NCBI GenBank assembly: GCA_964016885.1 | Contig: OZ024744.1 | Span: 124,434,001 to 124,498,000, forward strand | DNA length: 64,000 bases | Reading direction: 5' to 3' | Source: Eledone cirrhosa | Lineage: Eukaryota | Shown here: piece by piece, positions 41,977-50,983 of the stretch | Layout of the letters: each line of letters begins with the position of its first letter | Position numbering within the stretch: position 1 is the first letter of the stretch | Translations under genes and position numbers: made by a program | The notes under the pieces: model-generated | Seen by the model: the letters and a program-made list of their open reading frames with translations, nothing else | What the model was told of the DNA's origin: nothing | Database searches by the model: none

Positions 41977-43637
41977 TAGACTTAAACACAGTCGACTTAA
42001 ACTTAAACTTAAAGAACAATTAGAAGACAGCTTAACCCTGATAATGTACTCCCGCTACGTAGTTAAGACACCCCCACTAGAGAACAGTCAGGAACTAGAG
42101 AAAAACACAATGGAAAGCATCCAGCAAATAGCAAACTCCATCCACCAGAGCATTAGAGTTACTATAGACTACCCAAGTAGACACCCCAACCATCGATTAC
42201 CTGTACTAGACACAGAGCTCTGGTTAGATACCATTAACAACCAAAAACAAATCCTCCATTCCCATTATGCCAAACCCATGACTTCCAAACATCTGATCCA
42301 CCGAAACTCGGCCATTTCGGACCATACCAAAATCAACATACTGATTGCGGATTTGGTACGGGTGATGAGAAATGTGTCCCGCATGTGCAACCCCGAAGAA
42401 CTAGAGAGACACATACAACACTTCATCCACCGTATGCAGTTCTCTGGCTACAATCAGAGAGATAGAATCAGAGTGTATAGAGGAGCCAGAACCAAATGGG
42501 AAAAAATGGTAAATAATGACATAAATGGGACCTGCCCCTTGTATAGGAGCAAATTTTGGAATAGAATAGAAAGAACTAGGAACAAGGCCAATAGAATAAA
42601 CTCATGGTATGATAGCAATAAATACCAGAGTGTAATGTTCATCAATATAACCCCTAGAGGCGAACTAGCCTACAAATTTAGAAGGGTCCTAAATAAACAT
42701 AAACTCAATATTAAGATAGTAGAAAGACCAGGTATCTCCATAAAAACACTTATTAGCAAGACATACCCATTCCAAAGACCCTCATGTATAGATAAGAAAT
42801 GTATAACCTGTAAAATAAGCCCCCATATTAACTGTAAAACTAGAAATGTAGTGTATAGCATAAGATGTACGGAAGGACAATGTAGAAACAAAAATATAGT
42901 GTACATAGGTGAGACAGCTCGTAGTATAGGGGAACGGATAAATGAACACTGGCGAGACCTTCAAGATAATAAAGAATCATCTGTACTCTACCAACATGCT
43001 AAGATAGAACACAAGGGTAAATTAGAGAACATAGAAATAAAAATAGAATCCACACACAGAAAAGATGCAATGTTTAGGCAAATTACAGAGGCAGTAAGCA
43101 TAAAAGAATTACAACCAAAATTAAATAGAAAATATGAGTGGAACAGCAACATCACAACTTACAATTAAGGACAAAATGAAAACACACACACACATAGAAC
43201 AACCAACCAACAACATGTAAATAAATAAACAAATAGATAAATGAACACAAACACACACAGACACCCGGATGTGGCGCATGCGCAAACTGAGCACACAACA
43301 CACACACAGAAACAAAATGGCGTAGGACAGAAGAAAGGAAAGGCACAGAAACAAAGAAAGGAATCCCCAGTCACTGAAGAGGTCACAGAGTGTGTGACGA
43401 AAGGACTATGACTATATATAAACAACTATCTGGTTGTGGAACCAACCAACCAACCAGAAATTTATAAGTTTGTAGATTTGTAAATTTATAAATTTATAAA
43501 TATATAATAAATTGAAGTGAAAGCAACTGGTGCGTGTGTTTCTTATTGGCAACATGACCCTCCCAAAGTATAACAATATCGGTTTCAACACACGATTTCA
43601 GATAAAGAATCTTGCTAAACAAATTCAGAAACGAAAT
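41977..43637 (+). mobile_element. Inverted, 5'-truncated second copy of the Penelope-like element (RT thumb + intact GIY-YIG + 3' UTR + ~100 bp of the element start)
   Basis: Near-identical reverse complement of ~37882-39480. The ORF is open to the stop at 43166-43168 and continues past the 3' UTR into [18 protein letters not shown]... (43545-43637). Confidence 0.92.
43369..43413 (+). ncRNA. Minimal type-I hammerhead ribozyme motif (family 1), on the PIK3R4 sense strand
   Basis: Same 45-nt motif as 38040-38084; predicted cleavage after A43408 (CUA). Confidence 0.75.
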
Positions 43638-44032
43638 ATATATATATATATATACATGTATGTGTATATATATATATATATATTGTCATTATATGTCTCT
43701 TTCTCCATGTTTACATGGGTTATATAGACAGAAAGACTGGCAGATATAAATTATCTTCATGCATAAGTGTGTTTATATACATACACATGTTCATATATAC
43801 ACATGTTCATACATACACATGTACATACATACATACATATATATACATATAATAATAATAATATTATTTATACTTATATATACACTATATATAATTATAA
43901 AGAGGAAAGGTCAGTAATTTATTACTACCTTATTACCTGTAAGAAAAATAGCTCAATGTAAATACATCAGATGTTGTTCAGAGCCGGAATATAAATTAAA
44001 CAATAATCAAAACTATGTTCAAAACCTTTTAT

Positions 44033-44079
44033 TGCTGACAATCGTTTCTTCCAAACTTTCATTTGGAATCATCAAAGCA
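44033..44079 (-). ncRNA. Minimal hammerhead motif (family 2, U3 variant)
   Basis: UGCU-UUGAUGA-UUCCAAAU(GAAA)GUUUGGAA-GAAA-CGAUUG-UC^AGCA. Confidence 0.62.
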
Positions 44080-44693
44080 CTAGCAAAGTTTGGTCATATA
44101 ATTAACTTCCTATTCAACTGAACAATCATATAGATACATGGATATTAATGTTGTCATCAACAGTTTCATATTTACAGAGTGGAATGGATGTGACAGAGAT
44201 TACAAGAGAATTGTATAATAATTAAAGAGGCATTAAGGCAGAAAGTTATTCGTAAAACGAGGACGTTAGTAGTACATATGCAAGCATGTAGAGAGTGCAA
44301 ATGCATTAGGCATATACAGGACAGCTAGGTAGGAAACAAGCAATGGTACTAGGCATATATAATTACTGTATGGCAAAGGTATCACATAAAATAACATAGG
44401 TTTACAAGCATATCAAGCAGGCAAAGATGTTTGTGTATTAAAATCATGAGCTTATGGTGGATGTAGTGTGATGATTGTTTCTGTTATGTTCAAATGTGTA
44501 TGTGTTGAGGGTATTAATGTTATTGCTATCTTTTCCATCACATTGGTTATATTTTATTTTATTTATGTTTTTAATTAGTTACAGCTATGGATTGTATATT
44601 GGTCCTATTATATTGTTATCCAGTGTTCGAGTTGTGTATCTATACAATTGTTCTGTGGAATAGGAGGTTAATTATATGTACAAACATTGCTAA

Positions 44694-44740
44694 TGCTCCG
44701 ATGGTTCCAAACGAAAGTTTGGAAGAAACAATTGTCAGCA
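44694..44740 (+). ncRNA. Degenerate minimal hammerhead motif (family 2; core mutated to CCGAUGG, likely inactive)
   Basis: UGCU-CCGAUGG-UUCCAAAC(GAAA)GUUUGGAA-GAAA-CAAUUG-UC^AGCA: perfect 8-bp stem II with GNRA loop, palindromic stem III, GUC triplet. Confidence 0.55.
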
Positions 44741-44850
44741 ATAAAATGATTTGAACATAGCTTTGATTATTGTGTACTTTATATATATATATAAATATAT
44801 AAACACAGATGCACTGTTCTTTCACTGTTACTTGTGCTCTTTCTGTTTAG

Positions 44851-44955
44851 GTTCCAAGTCTGTGTTAGCTTATGCCACAGTGAATGGTAATATTATTGGC
44901 TGGGACACACGCATGCCTGATATTGCTTGGAATTTGAAAAATGAATACAAGACTG
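44851..44955 (+). CDS. PIK3R4: PIK3R4/VPS15 exon B (GSKSVLAYATVNGNIIGWDTRMPDIAWNLKNEYKTG)
   Basis: tttag / gtgagt splice sites; 105 nt, phase 1-1; SVLAYATVNG..GWD is a recognisable VPS15 WD40 segment. Confidence 0.95.
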
Positions 44956-44971
44956 GTGAGTTTTACAAACA

Positions 44972-45830
44972 TCTATATATATATATAAGTTGTAGTTCCT
45001 GTCTGTTTGTTTGTTCCCGAACTACTACTATGGTTTTAGAGATAGACCCCCATAACCTTATATATTCTGAAACTACATTGCCCAGGGTACTTGGATAAGT
45101 ATATTTCATTTTAATCAAAAAGGTTCCCCGGGGGCACAAATCCCCGCTGAAAATTTTTTCCCTTCGATTTCTATGAAATTTAAACCATAGGTAAATGACA
45201 AGATATGATGCCTATTCACAAAATTCAGCAAAATTCAGCAAATTTCAATAATATTAAGACACCCTAATGGAGGTTAAACACCCTAGAGTGAAAATTTTGG
45301 CCAATAAATTGAACAAGATTGCGTGAGAACTTGATTGAAGCAACCATTATATTCGGGGCTTATTCCAAGGATTCCACTTATACCAAGAGATAGCGAGTTG
45401 CCTTTTTATATTTAAGAGGCTGCAGTTCCCAGTGAGTCCATGCTTTGCCATGAGCATCAATAAAAGTTAAGGTCAAACTTTCAAAACTATTGGTATAGAT
45501 CTGACAAACCCATGCTTCAGTCATGGCATGTTTTATGTGGCTGTTTCAAGGACTGGAACTTCAAAAATCTCTACATTTTAGCCAATCAAAGAAAGACAGA
45601 AAATGTTGTTTACCCTGAAGTTCATTTGGACAAAATATGAAAATTATTTTCATGTATTTATTATGTTAAAAAAATAATGTTTTTCAATTTTTCATGCATT
45701 ACATTTTACATTGAGTAATATTGAAATGCAGAGTTTTTCTCCATAAATTATATCACTGATTTAAAATCAATCATCATTTTCTTACAAAAAAAAAGTGTGG
45801 AATGCAGCAACGAGCGGGTAATTCAGTTAG
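44972..45830 (+). mobile_element. Non-autonomous Helitron with Pif1-helicase C-terminal remnant
   Basis: A|TC start, ...GCGGGTAATTCAG-TTAG|T end (CTAG variant). ~45360-45625 translates (broken) as IPRIPLIP..FKRLQFPV..CFAMSINKS*GQTF..IGIDL...CFSHGMFYVAVSR...NVVYPEV. Confidence 0.85.
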
Positions 45831-45860
45831 TTATTGGAATAAAATATTTACTTACATAAT

Positions 45861-46290
45861 CTGTAAAGTGGTCATGTAGGTATCACAACAAAAAGTACCC
45901 AGTACACACTGTAAAGTGGTCATGTAGGTGTCACAACAAAAAGTACCCAGTCCACACTGTAAAGTGGTCATGTAGGTGTCACAACAAAAAGTACCCAGTC
46001 CACACTGTAAAGTGGTCATGTAGGTGTCACAACAAAAAGCACAGTGTAAAGTGGTCATGTAGGTATCACAACAAGATGTACCCAGTACATACTGTAAAGT
46101 GGTCATGTAGGTGTGACAACAAAAAGTACCCAGTACACACTGTAAAATGATCATGTAGGTGTCACAACAAAAAGTACCCAGTACATACTGTAAAGTGGTA
46201 GTGTAGGTGTCACAACAAAAAGTACCCAGTCTACACTGTAAAGTGGTTATGTAGGTGTCACAACAAAAAGTATCCAGTCTACACTGTAAA
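45861..46290 (-). repeat. Short (~9 monomer) array of the same 48-bp satellite in opposite orientation
   Basis: Repeats of CTGTAAAGTGGTCATGTAGGTGTCACAACAAAAAGTACCCAGTACACA, the reverse complement of the large array monomer. Confidence 0.96.
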
Positions 46291-46450
46291 TGAGGTTGGT
46301 GTTAGGAAAGACATCCAGCTGTAGAAACCAAGCCAAAATCAGTTCTGTAGGAACAAGACAAGGTCACCTGACCTAGTATTGCCCACAACAGGACAATCCG
46401 TCTAACCATGCTAGTGTGGAAAATGGACATAAGACGGAGGTGATGATAAT
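46291..46450 (+). mobile_element. RTE 3' terminus directly continuous with the short 48-bp array
   Basis: TGAGGTTGGTGTTAGGAAAGACATCCAGCTGTAGAAA...CCATGCTAGTGTGGAAAATGGAC...TGATGAT, homologous to the reverse complement of 34732-34905. Confidence 0.88.
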
Positions 46451-46559
46451 ATGTGTATATACACACAAATATATATATATATATACTATTATAATGATAT
46501 ATATATGTGTGTATATATATATATAAGTGTGTGTATATATATACATATATATATATATG

Positions 46560-46761
46560 TGTTATGTTGGTACCAGAAATGGCACCCAGCACACACTGTA
46601 AATATGGTTGGCGCTAGTAAGGTCATCCAGCTGTAGTAAACCAACCACAAACAGTCCTATATGAGTGAGACACAGTCACTCGACCCAACTTGCCTCTAAA
46701 GGGGACAAACCTGTCTAACCCATGCTAGTGTGGAAGATAGACGTTAAATGATGATGATGAT
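46560..46761 (+). mobile_element. Another short RTE 3' tail fragment
   Basis: CACACTGTAAA...CATCCAGCTGTAG...CCCATGCTAGTGTGGAAGATAGACGTTAAATGATGATGATGAT. Confidence 0.8.
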
Positions 46762-46810
46762 CTGAATATCTCTTTATCCATCTATCTATCTTCCATCTAA
46801 ACCAACTACC

Positions 46811-46932
46811 AGGTCACCCTCTGTCTTTACATAAGCCCTCTAAAGTTCAGCTAGGTCACCCTCTGTCTTTACGTAAGCCCTCTAAAGCTCAGCTAGGTTA
46901 CCCTCTGTCTTTACGTAAGCCCGCTAAAGCTC
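46811..46932. repeat. 42-bp minisatellite, ~3 copies
   Basis: GGTCACCCTCTGTCTTTAC(A/G)TAAGCCCTCTAAAG(T/C)TCAGCTA repeated. Confidence 0.85.
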
Positions 46933-47241
46933 TCTATCCATCTTCTATCTAAATCCCAAACACAGAAAATGACTGTAACAGCAATCAATCACTATAATTA
47001 ATAGTTGAGGGAAATTAGATAAATTACCTCTAGAGGCAGAAAAAGGGTTGACAGAGGTGCCCGTTTCTAAGGCTAATTACTAATTACCTAATTTTCCCAG
47101 CTATTATAGCAATTGACTGATATTACAGTTATTTTCTGTGTTTGGGACTGTAACATTTTCAAATTACAAAGTTATGTAGTTGTTAACATACATTAAGTAG
47201 TGAACCAAACATTTGAAATAAAATCTTTTTGGTCAAACAAC

Positions 47242-47320
47242 AGAGGGGTGCTGAAAAGTTCCTGGCTTTGTGTAAAAAAATGTACCAGAGGATCAGTCAA
47301 TTATGATTTTATTCAACATA
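47242..47320. mobile_element. Possible solo mariner-like end
   Basis: GAGGGGTGCTGAAAAGTTCCTGGCT resembles the TIR start at 33834; no partner TIR seen. Confidence 0.4.
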
Positions 47321-48779
47321 TTGATCTAGATGAAATGCAGTTCGGGTTTGTGTCAGGTAAAAGTACCACAGACGCTCTTTTCATTGTACGACAACTGCAA
47401 GAGAAGTACCTAGCTAAAAGTAAACCCCTATACCTAGCTTTTGTCGACTTGGAGAAAGCCTTCGACAGAGTCCTCCGTTCCATTATCTGGTGGGCTCTTA
47501 GAAAACTAGGTGTTGATGAATGGCGTAGAGTCAAAAGGCCTTAAAATTAACCTGTCTAAGACTAAAGTTCTAGTTTGTAGGAAGGAAAATAGGGCGCCGG
47601 TCCCATCCAGGAAATGGTCATGCTCAGTGTGTAGGAATGGAGTAGGTAGAAACTCCATTTTATGTCCCAAATGCAAAGTATGGGTGCATAAAAGATGTAG
47701 TGGGATCACAGGTAAGCTAACTAAGAACATAGATTTTATATGTGGCCGGTGCTCTGGTGCAATAAGTAGCAGCAAGTGCCCACAGAATACTAGCTCACTC
47801 CATTGCACAGATGGTTCTATAGAAATAGTGGACAGCTTCCGTTACCTGGGTGACAAAATCAGCAGTGGGGGAGGGTGCTCTGAAAGTACAGTAGCTAGAG
47901 TCAGAACTGGATGGAAAAAGTTCAGAGAGCTTATATCACTATTAGCCGCAAAAGGGTTCTCCCTAAAAATGAAAGGCAGGCTGTATGGTTCCTGCATACG
48001 AACAGCAATGTTGCATGGCAGTGAGACCTGGGCATTGTGTGCAGAGGATATACGCAGACTGGAGAGGACGAAGCTTGCATGCTCCACTGGATGTGTAACA
48101 GTAATATACGTGAACGGCAAAGCATAAACGAACTAAGGGAAAAATTTGAAATAAGAGGGATCAGATGTTGTTTACTCGAGAGAAGGCTACGTTGGTATGG
48201 TCACGTGATGCGCATGAAAGACGACAGCTGTATAACAAAGTGCAGGGAAATAAAGATAGACGGTAGCTACGGAGTAGGCAGACCCAGAAAAACCTGGGAC
48301 GACTTGATAAATTCCGACCTCACACACTTACACCTCTCCAAGACAATGTCACTGGACCGAGACCTTTGGCGCTACACAGTAATAGAGAAGACCCACCTAA
48401 GTACAAAGTGAAACCTACTACAGTCAGTAGGCACCTCTAACAAAATACACCCCCGTCTCACTACCCCCACCCCACCCTTACCACCCCTTTCAATGTAAAG
48501 TTATGTTGGTACCACAACATCCAGCCCGAAACAAATGAGGTCATGTAGGTGTCACGACAAAAAAACACACAGTCCACGCTGTAATGTGGCCGTGTGGGTA
48601 ACACGGTAAAAACCTCCCAGTTCCACACTGTAAATGTGGTTGGTGTTAGGAAGGGCATCCAGCTGTAGAAAACCCGCCAGACAGTCCTATGCGAGCAAGA
48701 CAACCACTCTTGCCTCAAGTGGGAAAACTCCCGTCCAAACCCATGCAAGATTGGAATATGGACGTTAAACGATGATGAT
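47320..48779 (+). mobile_element. RTE-clade LINE copy 2, 5'-truncated, internal deletion removing RT core motifs
   Basis: DEMQFGF..FVDLEKAFD..LGVDEW joined to ESKGLKINL (QG and YADD missing); PHD-like Cys cluster; ends GGACGTTAAACGATGATGAT. Confidence 0.92.
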
Positions 48780-48929
48780 TTACACACTTATTGCAGCGGT
48801 CCTTTAGGTTTTATAAGCCCTGTAAAAAGAACTCGTAAGATGGGGGTCACCAACCAGGACTCTGTTGCAACAATTAAGCCCCCAGCACCCTCTCGTACAT
48901 CATGTTAGTAATGACTTTCCTATTTGCAG

Positions 48930-49155
48930 AATGTGTATGCCAGCCTCAACACTATTCCAGTCAGTCTTCCAAATAATACAAACATATACACATCCCATGT
49001 CTATACCAACACAGTCTCCTCTCCTACATCTGCTCCCTCTTATACCTAGTTTCTCTCTCAGTTCATCCATACACATCACATGTCTATACCAACACAGTCT
49101 CCTCTCCTACATCTGCTCCCTCTTATACCTAGTTTCTCTCAGTTCATCCATGTCC
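48930..49155 (-). mobile_element. Old RTE C-terminal fragment with an ~83-bp internal duplication
   Basis: The minus strand reads RLCWYRHVM (cf. RLRWYGHVM); the block at ~48996-49070 is repeated at ~49079-49151. Confidence 0.55.
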
Positions 49156-49195
49156 TGACATTCATATATGTCTTCTTATTGTCTTTATTTTAAAG

Positions 49196-49321
49196 GTTTA
49201 ATAACATCCTTTGCCATCCACCAGTCTCAGTGTTGGCTGGCGAGTGGGACCAGCAACGGGGCTCACATTTGCTGGGATATGAGGTTCCACCTTCCAATTG
49301 CTACAATCAAACATCCTGCAG
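49196..49321 (+). CDS. PIK3R4: PIK3R4/VPS15 exon C ([42 protein letters not shown])
   Basis: taaag / gtaaca splice sites; 126 nt, phase 1-1; GLITSFA..QCWL..GTS.G...CWDMRF.LPI. Confidence 0.96.
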
Positions 49322-49366
49322 GTAACACAACTATTTTAATACAACATTGTTTTATATTAATAATTG

Positions 49367-49472
49367 TTTCTACTTTTGGCACAAGGCCATCAATTACCCA
49401 GTACATTACTGGTACTTTATTTTATCGACCCCGTAAGGATGAAAGGCAAAGTTAACCTCGGCGGGATTTGAG
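49367..49472 (-). mobile_element. SINE fragment with Nin/Deu-like conserved domain
   Basis: Minus strand TCAAATCCCGCCGAGGTTAACTTTGCCTTTCATCCTTACGGGGTCGATAAAATAAAGTACCAG: B-box remnant plus a recalled Nin-type core. Confidence 0.6.
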
Positions 49473-49548
49473 GTTAATTGTTTTATATTAATAATAACAA
49501 CAATGTTAACCCAAAGACACAGTCTTCAGTGATATGGCTGTAGTAATA

Positions 49549-50393
49549 GATATCTTTATTTGCCAAGGGACATTGCAAGAGGTGATGGCGGGGTTTTTAC
49601 ATAAATATAACTTTAACATTACTAAATAACAATAAACTTTATATAATAAAATAACAATTGAAATCCCCAATAGCGGGTAACGTTACTGCAGGGTTGTTTT
49701 ACACCCCGATAGAACAACCCTCAACACCAGGAACACGTTTTGTAGGTGTTCCTGTCTTCCCTCTGTTTATCTTCCTCACCTACAGGTTTATATACAGAGA
49801 AGGCCCATTCACTCGGGCCATTTTTGCCACATTCACCCACCTTTCAGCGAATTTACTGGGGTGTAGCACCTCTCTCTCCATTCTCACCTTCCTTCTGAAG
49901 TGATACTTAAAGAAGTGGATAAGTTGTTGTCCGGAGAGAAAGGTGTTTGCCCTCAGTCCTTTTAACCTCGTCCACCATATTACCTCTTTCGCCATAGCCA
50001 CCAGACAGAGAAAAACCGCCTCTCCTTCATTCTTAAATGAAGGCGGCGGGGTGATCCTCACGATGGACTCGGCTGACAACTGGATGCGTCCCACACGTGA
50101 CAGTAGCTGTTCGACGTAATTCCACAGGTCGGTTACGTTGGGCACTGAACAATTGCGTGCAGAACGGTTTCGATGTCCTGCTCGCATCTTGGACAGGCCC
50201 TTTTGGCCAGGGCGTCCGTGCCTGTAGATTTTGTCTCGAACTGGTAGAGCTCCTCGGTAGCACTGCCAGGCCAGAGACCTCTGGAAGTTATCCATAGGCC
50301 CTGGACGGAAAGTCCTCCCGAACAGATTGGTCAGTTCGTCCTCCTCGATGCCTAGAGTTTCCCCGAGAACGTCGTTGCACTTATCCTCCACTA
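49549..50393 (-). mobile_element. 5'-truncated L1/Tx1-like LINE (C-terminal zf-RVT region + 3' UTR)
   Basis: AWQCYRGALPV..., frameshifted CPRC...ETVLH..VQC...LW, later IWWTR; AATAAA near the 3' end; candidate TSD TAGTAATA (49541-49548 / 50394-50401). Confidence 0.78.
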
Positions 50394-50605
50394 TAGTAAT
50401 ATATAACAATATTGTTAGACCTGACTAGAGTTCGAAGAACCTCCTGGAGGGGAATTAACTGATGATATAGTCAGGAATGTGGTACATGTTAATCCAAAGA
50501 CAGTTTTCAACGATATAACAATATTGTTAGACTTGACTAGAGTTAATCCAAAAACACAGTCTTCAGCTTCAAGTTGTTATATATATATATATGTTTTCTT
50601 TACAG

Positions 50606-50763
50606 ATGTTTGGATCCGGCGTGTTATGATGCATCCCCAACAGCAGTCTTGGGTCCTCTCTGCAGTTCAGGGTAATAATGAAGTGTCAATGTGGGAGGTG
50701 GAGACGGGCGCTAGACAGAAGGCTCTCTGGGCCAGTAATTCCCCAGCTCTGTCTCACAGAGAT
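50606..50763 (+). CDS. PIK3R4: PIK3R4/VPS15 exon D ([53 protein letters not shown])
   Basis: ttacag / gtatgt splice sites; 158 nt, phase 1-0; [18 protein letters not shown]....LWAS signature. Confidence 0.97.
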
Positions 50764-50893
50764 GTATGTAACATTACAACTCTCTCGTGTATTATTGTCT
50801 AGTATTGCATATAAAATAGTCTGCACTATTATATAGTATATAAACACTATATCTCTATACTATAATATAGTATAGGATAAGCTTATAGTACGT

Positions 50894-50983
50894 TTAACCC
50901 TTTCATTTACCATATTTCTAATGAAAGACACTGTCTATGTCATTAACCCTTCCATTACCATATTTCTAATGAAAGACACTGTC
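50894..50983. repeat. Left part of a second, unrelated 48-bp minisatellite split by RTE copy 3
   Basis: TTAACCCTT(T/C)CATTACCATATTTCTAATGAAAGACACTGTCTATGTCA, ~2 copies. Confidence 0.88.

Larger units (their letters stand above)
43990..44785. mobile_element. Old foldback relic with ~150-bp diverged inverted arms, each carrying a hammerhead motif (probable non-autonomous or decayed PLE)
   Basis: ~43990-44140 is the diverged reverse complement of ~44633-44785; no recognisable ORF between the arms. Confidence 0.6.

Noticed and set aside
41918-43168. A 416-aa standalone endonuclease gene
   Set aside because: Chimeric ORF: TTG start in the antisense of the element's 5' end, crossing the inversion junction into a truncated copy.
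43169-43540. SECIS element / selenoprotein recoding, as reported for some Naiad elements
   Set aside because: No in-frame TGA in the coding frames and no convincing SECIS stem seen by eye; a SECISearch run would settle it.
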